Positions 37,921 through 44,604 of a DNA stretch of 64,000 nt are shown here, one piece after another. Numbering within the stretch: the first letter of the stretch is position 1; each line of letters begins with the position of its first letter. The DNA lies in sequence record PZ386972.1. The stretch is one strand, 5' to 3'. A program made the position numbers and the translations under genes. A model generated the notes under the pieces. It saw only the letters and a list, made by a program, of their open reading frames with translations, searched no databases and was not told where the DNA came from. Source of the DNA: a phage.

Positions 37921-37928
37921 AATTCTGC

Positions 37929-38005
37929 ATTCCTAGAGTGTTACTGGACAGCATGTCGGTCTCCAAAACCGTACGGTCTAGGTTCGAGTCCTAGTAGGTT
38001 TGCCA
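37929..38005 (+). tRNA. tRNA candidate, anticodon uncertain (possibly CCA/Trp)
   Basis: T-arm CTAGGTTCGAGTCCTAG and CCA end are clear; acceptor pairing needs two U-U mismatches. Confidence 0.35.
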
Positions 38006-38011
38006 AAATTT

Positions 38012-38086
38012 GCACCTTTAGCTGAGATGGATTAGCGCTTGCCTGAAGAGCTTGAGAGGTTCGTTCGATACGAACAGGGTGCACCA
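38012..38086 (+). tRNA. tRNA candidate, anticodon uncertain (possibly GAA/Phe)
   Basis: Acceptor GCACCTT/AGGGTGC; D-arm GCTG/TAGC; T-arm GTTCGTTCGATACGAAC; CCA; loop CTGAAGA with weak stem. Confidence 0.4.
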
Positions 38087-38088
38087 AA

Positions 38089-38376
38089 TTGAGGGAGCTG
38101 CTGATGCATCCTGAAAACTTCTTTATTTACTGCGCGGATAAGTTGCTGAAACGTAGAATTAACAAAGTCTATCATTATCGTGCTAGTCAACAGCCTTATG
38201 TATACGCTTTTGACGGTGATCACATCCCATTAGAACAACTATCTTGTGATTACATGATATTGAAGAACTTTGACGAGACAAAGATCTCAAGCGTTCATAA
38301 TCGACAGAATCCCTTAACGTGGAAATATAAGAAGAAAAAGAAAGGCATCAAATTCTTAAAAAATGTAGTTGCTTAG
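38089..38376 (+). CDS. hypothetical protein (95 aa)
   Basis: ORF track. Confidence 0.4.
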   Translation: MRELLMHPENFFIYCADKLLKRRINKVYHYRASQQPYVYAFDGDHIPLEQLSCDYMILKNFDETKISSVHNRQNPLTWKYKKKKKGIKFLKNVVA

Positions 38377-38397
38377 TTTCCAAAAGTTCTGTATAAT
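38369..38397 (+). promoter_or_regulatory. early promoter
   Basis: TTGCTT 38369-38374, TATAAT 38392-38397. Confidence 0.55.
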
Positions 38398-38425
38398 AAT
38401 TACATAAATTGAACTGGAGAAGCAA

Positions 38426-38713
38426 ATGAAACGATTAGTTAGATTTAAGTGTTGTGGTTCTGAACATATTTTCACACATCTTCGTGAATTTAAAATGTGT
38501 GATTGTGGTAAATCAGGCTATGACTCAGGAGATGGGTTCTACACCCGTACTCTAGGGAACTTCAATGATCTAGAATTTGAAGATCTCGAAAAACAAGAAA
38601 AAGAATTATGTATCTGTTATGAATGTGGTGATCAAGATTACTACTCTAAAACAGGTAAGAAAGTGTGTAGCAATTGTGGTTCCGATCATGTAGCTACACA
38701 TTATGAAAGATAA
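38426..38713 (+). CDS. Cys-rich zinc-finger-like protein (95 aa)
   Basis: Multiple CxxC pairs (CDCGKSG, CYECGD, CSNCGSDH). Confidence 0.45.
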   Translation: MKRLVRFKCCGSEHIFTHLREFKMCDCGKSGYDSGDGFYTRTLGNFNDLEFEDLEKQEKELCICYECGDQDYYSKTGKKVCSNCGSDHVATHYER

Positions 38714-38718
38714 TAAAC

Positions 38719-38794
38719 CGACCGTTGGCTGAATGGCTTAGGCGAAGGATTGCAAATCCTTTTTATGTGAGTTCAAATCTCATGCGGTCGTCCA
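38719..38794 (+). tRNA. tRNA-Cys (anticodon GCA)
   Basis: Acceptor CGACCGT/GCGGTCG; anticodon stem AAGGA/TCCTT with loop TTGCAAA; T-arm GTGAGTTCAAATCTCAT; CCA. Confidence 0.6.
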
Positions 38795-38796
38795 AT

Positions 38797-38936
38797 TTGC
38801 TGAAAGAATTGTTAAATCAATTCAGGCACGCGTAGGAACACTGTCTCCGTAATTGAAAGATGAGACACGGTTTGGAGAGGTATGCCGCTACACGCTACGG
38901 TGCTAACTCCGTCTAGGTGAAAATCCTAGTCAGCAA
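38797..38936 (+). ncRNA. structured RNA (~140 nt) with terminal pairing and T-arm-like hairpin, not a canonical tRNA
   Basis: 5' TTGCTGA pairs with 3' TCAGCAA; hairpins GTCTC...GAGAC and CTAGGTGAAAATCCTAG. Confidence 0.3.
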
Positions 38937-38946
38937 TATAAATTTA

Positions 38947-39029
38947 GGGTCGTTAGCCAAGCGGTTTGGCGGTGGACTGTTAATCCATGTCGAAAGACAA
39001 CGTAGGTTCGAATCCTACACGGCCCGCCA
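38947..39029 (+). tRNA. tRNA with GUU anticodon (Asn-like) and an atypical 13-nt variable stem-loop
   Basis: Acceptor GGGTCGT/ACGGCCC; anticodon stem GTGGA/TCCAT with loop CTGTTAA; variable GTCGAAAGACAAC; CCA. Confidence 0.45.
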
Positions 39030-39131
39030 AATTCTGTGTAGAGTTAAGTAAACCGGTAGCCAACCAGCTATCATTGCTGACATCGAATTCAGCCACAGAT
39101 ACCATTTTCATTAATAACTGAGGAAACAAGC

Positions 39132-39317
39132 ATGTCCAAGAATGTAATTGCACAGTTAGAAGTTCATCGTGATAACACAGCTAATAACATTAAGTGCCGA
39201 CAAAAAGATATTGAAGCTCAAAAGGCTGATCTTTTAATGAGTATTCGAGAGCTTAATGTACGAAAAGAGTTTCTTAAAGAACTTAATGCAGCTATTGAAA
39301 AACTCAAAGCTGAGTAA
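39132..39317 (+). CDS. hypothetical protein (61 aa)
   Basis: ORF track; AGGAAACAAGC RBS. Confidence 0.35.
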   Translation: MSKNVIAQLEVHRDNTANNIKCRQKDIEAQKADLLMSIRELNVRKEFLKELNAAIEKLKAE

Positions 39318-39326
39318 ATGAATTAT

Positions 39327-39403
39327 GCGACCGGGGCTGGCTTGGTAATGGTACTCCCCTGTCACGGGAGGGAATGTGGGTTCGAATCCCATCGGTCGCG
39401 CCA
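39327..39403 (+). tRNA. tRNA-Asp (anticodon GUC)
   Basis: Acceptor GCGACCG/CGGTCGC; anticodon stem CTCCC/GGGAG with loop CTGTCAC; CCA. Confidence 0.6.
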
Positions 39404-39420
39404 AATAAGGTAGGTTAGCT

Positions 39421-39579
39421 ATGGAACGTAGGGAGTTTACTCCGGAAGAGATAGAGCAGATAAAAGAATCTGCTATGAAAAATGCTAGAATATCTCTGTC
39501 ACTGGAAGGTATCATTATAAGTGATGTAAACTTTGAAAAAATCAAAGCCATAGCTGATGAACTGGAAAAAGTAATTTAA
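39421..39579 (+). CDS. hypothetical small protein (52 aa), below the ORF-track cutoff
   Basis: ATG after AAGGTAGG; fills the gap between two tRNAs. Confidence 0.3.
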   Translation: MERREFTPEEIEQIKESAMKNARISLSLEGIIISDVNFEKIKAIADELEKVI

Positions 39580-39580
39580 T

Positions 39581-39656
39581 ACATCCATAGCTCAATGGTT
39601 AGAGCTACCGCCTCTTAAGCGGAGGGTTCTAGGTTCAAGTCCTAGTGGGTGTACCA
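39581..39656 (+). tRNA. tRNA-Lys (anticodon CUU)
   Basis: Acceptor ACATCCA/TGGGTGT; D-arm GCTC/GAGC; anticodon loop CTCTTAA; T-arm CTAGGTTCAAGTCCTAG; CCA. Confidence 0.55.
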
Positions 39657-39682
39657 AACTAAACTAGCACGAGAAATATGCT

Positions 39683-40030
39683 ATGATTAATGCTAAAGAA
39701 GAGTTGTTACTTGCCCTAAAGAATACTAAGTCTGAAGTTAAGTGTATTAAGATAGAATTCGGTTATTATGGGAACAAAGAAGTTTGGATATTACCCGTAG
39801 GTTATACAGAAAAAGATATTGAAGATTTTCTAAATAATCTAGACTTCAAATATGATTCTGGTTTCGGTGGACAATTGCTTTACGGTAACGTATGGTTTAC
39901 TGATGGAACTTGGTTAGAGCGTGGTGAATATGATGGTTCTGAATGGTGGGAGTATAAGACTACACCAGCAATCCCAGAAGAATGCCGAACAATTAATGGT
40001 GAAGTAGATCGTACTTTACTATTAAATTAA
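39683..40030 (+). CDS. hypothetical protein (115 aa)
   Basis: ORF track. Confidence 0.45.
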   Translation: MINAKEELLLALKNTKSEVKCIKIEFGYYGNKEVWILPVGYTEKDIEDFLNNLDFKYDSGFGGQLLYGNVWFTDGTWLERGEYDGSEWWEYKTTPAIPEECRTINGEVDRTLLLN

Positions 40031-40038
40031 CAAAATTT

Positions 40039-40277
40039 CAGTGCAGAACACGGAGCTAGCAATTCGGAAGTGCTGACTCATGATAGGCTGCCTATGTACT
40101 TGCGAAGCGGTCGTGTCCAAGACTCGGACTCTTGCACTGAAAACAATCAAACATTCTAGCGTGGTTGATGGGGAAACCAGCTTGGCTAGGGCAGAAGCTC
40201 GTTCGATTCGAGTGAAAGAATGGTTCTCGTAAGTCCGCACAAGTGATAACAGGTTCGAGTCCTGTCTAGAATGACAC
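40039..40277 (+). ncRNA. composite structured RNA region with closing stems and two T-arm-like hairpins, unresolved
   Basis: CAGTGCAG (40039-46) pairs CTGCACTG (40132-39); ATTCTAG (40153-59) pairs CTAGAAT (40267-73); T-arm-like hairpins at 40197-40213 and 40250-40266. Confidence 0.3.
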
Positions 40278-40422
40278 TATAAAGTTTACTTATTATGTAG
40301 GTTCCGATAGATCGGCGGGTCTATTCTGGCATTTAAGAGAGGTCTCGCAAACTTCTTTGTCAGCCGTGGGGTTGATAGCCTCCAGGTGGCCTACACAATA
40401 AGTAAATTTATTAAAAATTCAT

Positions 40423-40451
40423 TTGCTATTCTGCTTAATTATCTGTATAAT
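40423..40451 (+). promoter_or_regulatory. early promoter
   Basis: TTGCTA 40423-40428, TATAAT 40446-40451. Confidence 0.6.
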
Positions 40452-40481
40452 ATATTTTATAAAGTGAGTTAACAAAATTAA

Positions 40482-40557
40482 CAGTGCGTAGCGCAGTTGG
40501 TAGCGTGGGAGCCTTGGATGCTTCGGGTCGCAGGTTCGAGTCCTGCCGCACTGACCA
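40482..40557 (+). tRNA. tRNA-Pro (anticodon UGG)
   Basis: Acceptor CAGTGCG/CGCACTG; anticodon stem GGAGC/GCTTC with loop CTTGGAT; T-arm GCAGGTTCGAGTCCTGC; CCA. Confidence 0.65.
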
Positions 40558-40563
40558 AACAAT

Positions 40564-40641
40564 TGCGGGTTAGATCTCTGGTAGAGATCGCTAGTCTCAT
40601 AAGCTAGAAAGAGGTAGGTTCGATTCCTGCACCCGCTTCCA
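40564..40641 (+). tRNA. tRNA with CAU anticodon and a 1:72 mismatch (initiator- or Ile2-like)
   Basis: D-arm GATC/GATC; anticodon stem CTAGT/GCTAG with loop CTCATAA; T-arm with TTCGATT loop; CCA. Confidence 0.55.
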
Positions 40642-40661
40642 TTTTAATAGAGGATTTCGAA

Positions 40662-40829
40662 ATGAAAGTATTTCGATTAGTAGTAAGTGACAAACGTTTA
40701 GGTAAGAATACCTCAAAATCCTTACTTGCTCATTATGGAAAAGATGAGAAAGAAGTAATGGCGGAGTTTGGGATTAATCACCCTTACTTGAAAGTTCACT
40801 CTATTAAAGAAGTATATAATGGTTACTAA
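40662..40829 (+). CDS. hypothetical small protein (55 aa), below the ORF-track cutoff
   Basis: ATG after GAGGA; between two tRNAs. Confidence 0.3.
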   Translation: MKVFRLVVSDKRLGKNTSKSLLAHYGKDEKEVMAEFGINHPYLKVHSIKEVYNGY

Positions 40830-40830
40830 T

Positions 40831-40909
40831 AGATCGCTAGCTCAATAGGTTTAGTAGCATCCGACTTTTAATCGGAAGGTTCTGGGTTCGAGTCCCAGGC
40901 GATCTACCA
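40831..40909 (+). tRNA. tRNA-Lys (anticodon UUU)
   Basis: Acceptor AGATCGC/GCGATCT; anticodon stem TCCGA/TCGGA with loop CTTTTAA; T-arm CTGGGTTCGAGTCCCAG; CCA. Confidence 0.55.
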
Positions 40910-40927
40910 ATTTCAAGAAAAACGCAG

Positions 40928-40956
40928 TTGCTTGATGCTTAATTTCTTGTTATAAT
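40928..40956 (+). promoter_or_regulatory. early promoter followed by a 9-bp-stem leader hairpin
   Basis: TTGCTT 40928-40933, TATAAT 40951-40956; hairpin TGATGAGGA-TTT-TCCTCATCA at 40969-40989. Confidence 0.55.
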
Positions 40957-41194
40957 ATTTATATAAATTGATGAGGATTTCTCCTCATCATAGTTCACTA
41001 AGGTATTAGCTCGACCTAGGACTGGCTGCCAAAAAGCACGATCCCTACGATTCGGGAGAAGTTCTAGATTAGTCCACTAGATTCAGCGGCAACTGAATAG
41101 TGTATCGGGTTTGCGAGATGACGCGGTTCCTTCCGCTCGAAGCGAAGGTGCTGTAGTTACGCCGAGCTAATAGCCTTAGTAAACTAAAGAATTT

Positions 41195-41273
41195 GGGGAA
41201 TGGGTCTGCATGGAGTGGACACCTCGCTTGCACCGAGGACATCAGAACGGTTCGATTCCGTTATTCTCCACCA
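41195..41273 (+). tRNA. tRNA-Ala (anticodon UGC)
   Basis: Acceptor GGGGAAT/ATTCTCC; anticodon stem CCTCG/CGAGG with loop CTTGCAC; T-arm AACGGTTCGATTCCGTT; CCA. Confidence 0.6.
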
Positions 41274-41278
41274 AATAC

Positions 41279-41355
41279 GCGTGATTGATGGAATTGGCAT
41301 ACATACCGTCCTTAGAAGTCGGGTTTTGAGGGTTCGAATCCCTTGTCACGCACCA
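41279..41355 (+). tRNA. tRNA, anticodon uncertain (hand fold gives UAG)
   Basis: Acceptor GCGTGAT/GTCACGC; D-arm ATG/CAT; T-arm GAGGGTTCGAATCCCTT; CCA; anticodon stem has a U-U mismatch. Confidence 0.4.
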
Positions 41356-41440
41356 AATTTGATGGTCAGAGTAAATTAAACCTACTATCTCGGTTGAGCT
41401 GTTTTAATGGGTTCGAATCCCAGCGAGGCGTAACTGCCTG
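41356..41440 (+). ncRNA. orphan T-arm-like hairpin plus adjacent hairpin; possible tRNA remnant or small RNA
   Basis: TGGGTTCGAATCCCA at 41408-41422 and AGGCGTAACTGCCT at 41427-41440; no acceptor partner found. Confidence 0.25.
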
Positions 41441-41467
41441 GCGTGATAGAGGCATCATCTTATTATT

Positions 41468-41558
41468 GGAAGAGCAAATCGAATTGGCGACGAAAACCGC
41501 TTGGAAAGTGGCTGACTGGTAAAACGGCTTGAGAGTTCAAATCTCTCCTCTTCCGCCA
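41468..41558 (+). tRNA. tRNA-Ser (anticodon GGA), long variable arm
   Basis: Acceptor GGAAGAG/CTCTTCC; anticodon loop TTGGAAA; T-arm GAGAGTTCAAATCTCTC; CCA; 91 nt. Confidence 0.55.
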
Positions 41559-41570
41559 AACAATTTATAT

Positions 41571-41665
41571 GGTAGGTCAATCCAATGGCTGGCGCTGGAC
41601 TCCGACTTGAAATCGGTTGATCGTAGTGATACGGTGTAAGGGTTCGATCCCCTTACCTACCTCCA
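41571..41665 (+). tRNA. tRNA-Ser (anticodon UGA), long variable arm
   Basis: Acceptor GGTAGGT/ACCTACC; anticodon loop CTTGAAA; variable stem CGTA/TACG; T-arm AAGGGTTCGATCCCCTT; CCA; 95 nt. Confidence 0.55.
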
Positions 41666-41670
41666 AGTCT

Positions 41671-41802
41671 TGAAGTATGCCGGAATCGGTAGACGGGGCT
41701 GCCTAAAAGGTTTATAGGGAACATCCACTCCCTACAACATACCTCATAAAGCGGCTGAGATAAATGGTCTATCTCGTGAAGGTTCAAGTCCTTCTGCTTC
41801 TT
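41671..41802 (+). ncRNA. structured region with terminal T-arm (GAAGGTTCAAGTCCTTC) and internal hairpins, unresolved
   Basis: Hairpins TAGGGA...TCCCTA (41714-41734) and GAGATA...TATCTC (41757-41775); T-arm 41778-41794; no CCA. Confidence 0.25.
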
Positions 41803-42031
41803 GATACATCTATGGCTCAAAGTGTAACGGTGCTATTTGATGCTCTTAGTAAGACTTTCCCGACATGCGTTCGGGAGTAAGCTGCTAAGGCTAGAATAGA
41901 AGAGTTTCTGAGAGCCGCCACAATTGAAAATTCGTACTCGTCTTGAGCTGCGTGCAATAGGAGATAACTTGATTAGTATTCTAGAACATGCTAATTGAGG
42001 ATGGTTTCGCTAACCCTGCGAGTTTTCAATT

Positions 42032-42108
42032 GTGGCTATATCATAATTGGTTAATGATCCTGATTGTGAATCAGGCCTATGTGGATTCGAATTCCACTAG
42101 CCACCCCA
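42032..42108 (+). tRNA. tRNA-His (anticodon GUG)
   Basis: Acceptor GTGGCTA/TAGCCAC; D-arm TCAT/ATGA; anticodon stem CCTGA/TCAGG with loop TTGTGAA; T-arm GTGGATTCGAATTCCAC; CCA. Confidence 0.65.
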
Positions 42109-42133
42109 AATTAACTTAAATAGGAAATAAAAT

Positions 42134-42331
42134 ATGGCTGATTTCTGCAAACAATGCTCCATTGATATGTGGGGCAGAGATACTGGTGATCTTTCTGGTT
42201 TGATTACAGAAGCTGAGGTCAAAGAAGGTTATGGTGCAGTTGTGATTTGCGAAGGATGCGGAGTTATTCGAGTAGATCATGAAGGCAAACGTTTAGAAGA
42301 ACAGGAAAACTTAGGAGAAACAAATGAGTAA
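42134..42331 (+). CDS. hypothetical Cys-containing protein (65 aa)
   Basis: ORF track; RBS. Confidence 0.4.
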   Translation: MADFCKQCSIDMWGRDTGDLSGLITEAEVKEGYGAVVICEGCGVIRVDHEGKRLEEQENLGETNE

Positions 42332-42560
42332 TGCTTTAATTAGTGAAATTATGTTAACACGTCTTGCAGAACTGCAAACTCTTCGAGATGAATCTCAGAA
42401 TAACTTAGCCTACCATAAACAGATGGTAGATACTCTTACTACTCGTATTGATACTTACGAGCGTGATATTGCAGCATTACAAGCTCTTTTCTCTGTATCA
42501 GCACCAGATACGTTAGAACAGCCTGCTGTATCTCAGCCAGTAGAAACAGCATCTAGCTAA
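42324..42560 (+). CDS. hypothetical protein (78 aa)
   Basis: ORF track; overlapping start and stop. Confidence 0.4.
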   Translation: MSNALISEIMLTRLAELQTLRDESQNNLAYHKQMVDTLTTRIDTYERDIAALQALFSVSAPDTLEQPAVSQPVETASS

Positions 42561-42569
42561 TAGCATTCT

Positions 42570-42645
42570 TGGGATGTAGATCAATTGGCAGATCGTCGGC
42601 CTCTGACTCCGAAGGTTCCACGTTCGATCCGTGGCATCCCAGCCA
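42570..42645 (+). tRNA. tRNA-Gln (anticodon CUG)
   Basis: U1-A72 acceptor TGGGATG/CATCCCA; D-arm GATC/GATC; anticodon loop CTCTGAC; T-arm CCACGTTCGATCCGTGG; CCA. Confidence 0.6.
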
Positions 42646-42651
42646 AACAAT

Positions 42652-42727
42652 TGGAGAGTAGTGTAACGGTTAGCACAACGGCCTTTGACTCCGTTAATGG
42701 TAGGTTCGATTCCTCCTTCTCCAGCCA
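42652..42727 (+). tRNA. tRNA-Gln (anticodon UUG)
   Basis: U1-A72 acceptor TGGAGAG/TTCTCCA; D-arm GTGT/GCAC; anticodon loop CTTTGAC; CCA. Confidence 0.6.
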
Positions 42728-42735
42728 AGTAATAA

Positions 42736-42811
42736 GCGGTTAAGCACACGGGTTGTGTCGCAGGCCTTCCAAGCCTCGCTGAGTAGGGTTCGATTCCCTC
42801 TAGCCGCTCCA
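42736..42811 (+). tRNA. tRNA-Gly (anticodon UCC)
   Basis: Acceptor GCGGTTA/TAGCCGC; anticodon stem AGGC/GCCT with loop CTTCCAA; T-loop TTCGATT; CCA. Confidence 0.55.
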
Positions 42812-42827
42812 ACTTTAAGGAAACATT

Positions 42828-43079
42828 ATGCACGTTTTTGAGTTTCGTAATAAAAGTACCGATAAACGAGTTATTGTTATTGGAGAAACATACCGAGCAT
42901 ACGAACAAACTGACGGCTCTGTTATCCTAAACGATGAGAAAGGAGGTTTTAGCTTTTATCCAGAAGAACCTTATGAAGAGTTTCGAAAACAATTTAACCT
43001 AGACTGGAGAAAGCATTTAAACACTGTTGCTTCATCTGTAGTATTGCCAACTACCAGTACTGTACTCTCTAATGGCTGA
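42828..43079 (+). CDS. hypothetical protein (83 aa)
   Basis: ORF track; AAGGAAACA RBS. Confidence 0.4.
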   Translation: MHVFEFRNKSTDKRVIVIGETYRAYEQTDGSVILNDEKGGFSFYPEEPYEEFRKQFNLDWRKHLNTVASSVVLPTTSTVLSNG

Positions 43080-43236
43080 TAACCTAAAAGTCAAGATCGA
43101 TAAACAAAAGAAACGTGTAGAAGTAGAGATTGGTGAAGAACGTGTAGCCTTCACCTTTGAATTTCTACAACAAATGGCAATGGCGGTTATGACTGATAAG
43201 TCTCCTGTTATTGAAAAAGAAATCCCGTTGAAATAA
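43072..43236 (+). CDS. hypothetical small protein (54 aa), below the ORF-track cutoff
   Basis: ATG overlapping the upstream stop region. Confidence 0.3.
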   Translation: MADNLKVKIDKQKKRVEVEIGEERVAFTFEFLQQMAMAVMTDKSPVIEKEIPLK

Positions 43237-43244
43237 CGGGTTCT

Positions 43245-43331
43245 GCTGGGTTGGCAGAATGGTTGAATGCACCTGATTTGTAATCAGGAGGAGTAATCCC
43301 GTTGCAGGTTCGAATCCTGTGCCCAGCACCA
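43245..43331 (+). tRNA. tRNA with UGU anticodon (Thr-like) and an atypical 15-nt variable region
   Basis: Acceptor GCTGGGT/GCCCAGC; anticodon stem CCTGA/TCAGG with loop TTTGTAA; T-arm GCAGGTTCGAATCCTGT; CCA. Confidence 0.5.
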
Positions 43332-43345
43332 ACTTAAGGACTATT

Positions 43346-43513
43346 ATGTTTAAATTATTAGTAGTTATCTGGTATAGTCAATCAAATAGAGCGAATACCT
43401 CCCACGTTATAGACTTTAATACTAAAAATGAAGCTGAAAAAGCATATTCTAATTTAATAGAACGTAATAAAGAATCTCGTAGTATAGTTTATGAAGTGAC
43501 TAAACTTTATTAA
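43346..43513 (+). CDS. hypothetical protein (55 aa)
   Basis: ORF track 43319..43513, start moved to ATG 43346 after AAGGA so it no longer overlaps the tRNA. Confidence 0.35.
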   Translation: MFKLLVVIWYSQSNRANTSHVIDFNTKNEAEKAYSNLIERNKESRSIVYEVTKLY

Positions 43514-43521
43514 AAATTCAT

Positions 43522-43550
43522 TTGCTTTCTCTCTTATTTATTGTTATAAT
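43522..43550 (+). promoter_or_regulatory. early promoter
   Basis: TTGCTT 43522-43527, TATAAT 43545-43550. Confidence 0.6.
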
Positions 43551-43580
43551 ATTTATATAAATTAATGAGAGGGAAGCCAA

Positions 43581-43874
43581 ATGAAACGTTATCTTTCTGT
43601 TGTGTTCCAAACTGGTGGTCAACGCTATACCTATGAATTTCCTGGCTCTTGGAAGATCAAAGAGGGTGATCAAGTAGTAGTGTTAACACCGCGTGAGGGT
43701 TTCAAGGTAGTAACGGTTAAGCAAGTATTTCCAAAAGAGCATGAACCAGCTAAAGGCATTCGCTATAAGATGATTCATGGTGTAGTTCGTCAAGTACCAC
43801 GAGCGGAAGTCGAAATCAAAGTAGATAAAGATGGTAGACTTAAATATACCTCTTGCTTAGATGAGCTGCTATAA
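43581..43874 (+). CDS. hypothetical protein (97 aa)
   Basis: ORF track; GAGGGAAG RBS. Confidence 0.45.
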   Translation: MKRYLSVVFQTGGQRYTYEFPGSWKIKEGDQVVVLTPREGFKVVTVKQVFPKEHEPAKGIRYKMIHGVVRQVPRAEVEIKVDKDGRLKYTSCLDELL

Positions 43875-44080
43875 TGAGGATTACTTTCACAGAAAAGATC
43901 ATGAGTAATGGTGTTATGATCATTACTGCATGGGATGGCAATCAGTGGTGTAGTGTTTCAGGTATTAAGCCTGAAGAACAAACACTAGAAAATATCTCAA
44001 AGATTAAGCGAAGAATGGCAGAACGTGCACGACTTCCAGGTGCACCTAGAAATGGCAAACGTTCTGCTGCAAAATGTTAA
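43874..44080 (+). CDS. hypothetical protein (68 aa)
   Basis: ORF track. Confidence 0.45.
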   Translation: MRITFTEKIMSNGVMIITAWDGNQWCSVSGIKPEEQTLENISKIKRRMAERARLPGAPRNGKRSAAKC

Positions 44081-44081
44081 T

Positions 44082-44158
44082 GCTTCGGTAGCTTAGCGAT
44101 CTAAAGCACTCGGCTGATAACCGAGAGATCGGGGGTTTAAATCCCTCCCGGAGTACCA
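44082..44158 (+). tRNA. tRNA-Ile (anticodon GAU)
   Basis: Acceptor GCTTCGG/CCGGAGT; D-arm GCTT/AAGC; anticodon stem CTCGG/CCGAG with loop CTGATAA; T-loop TTTAAAT; CCA. Confidence 0.6.
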
Positions 44159-44244
44159 AATTTAGGAATTAAGACTATGCGTCCAGGAAAGTTTAAAAAA
44201 GCTAATTGGTCTAAAGAGTATAAAGAATACTTACTTAGTCTAGT

Positions 44245-44320
44245 AAAACATAACAGTTAGTTGGCAGAGTGGTTATGCACCTCCTTCATACGGAGCGACT
44301 ACAGTGGTTCAAATCCACTA
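44245..44320 (+). tRNA. tRNA with CAU anticodon (third CAU tRNA in the cluster)
   Basis: Acceptor AGTTAGT/ACTAACT; anticodon loop TTCATAC; T-arm AGTGGTTCAAATCCACT; CCA. Confidence 0.55.
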
Positions 44321-44367
44321 CTAACTACCATTAAAAGAGCTAGAGATAGCTAAATTTAGGAGCAGCT

Positions 44368-44562
44368 ATGTTAACAATTAAAATAATGTCAGCCAAGAAT
44401 GGTGAACATATCCATACAGGCAAAAGTGTGAGCTTTAATCCTAGAAATAAAAGATTGGCTATAGTTGGAGTAGACCAAGCCATCTTTTTAAAAGAAGATG
44501 AAGTAGCATATGTCATGAACCAAACTGGTAAGACAGTTTCCGTATACTATGGAAAAGTATAA
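44368..44562 (+). CDS. hypothetical protein (64 aa)
   Basis: ORF track; GGAG RBS. Confidence 0.4.
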   Translation: MLTIKIMSAKNGEHIHTGKSVSFNPRNKRLAIVGVDQAIFLKEDEVAYVMNQTGKTVSVYYGKV

Positions 44563-44604
44563 AGAATAAATAGCTGAGCCAAATTCTAACATCTGGGAGA
44601 TCTA

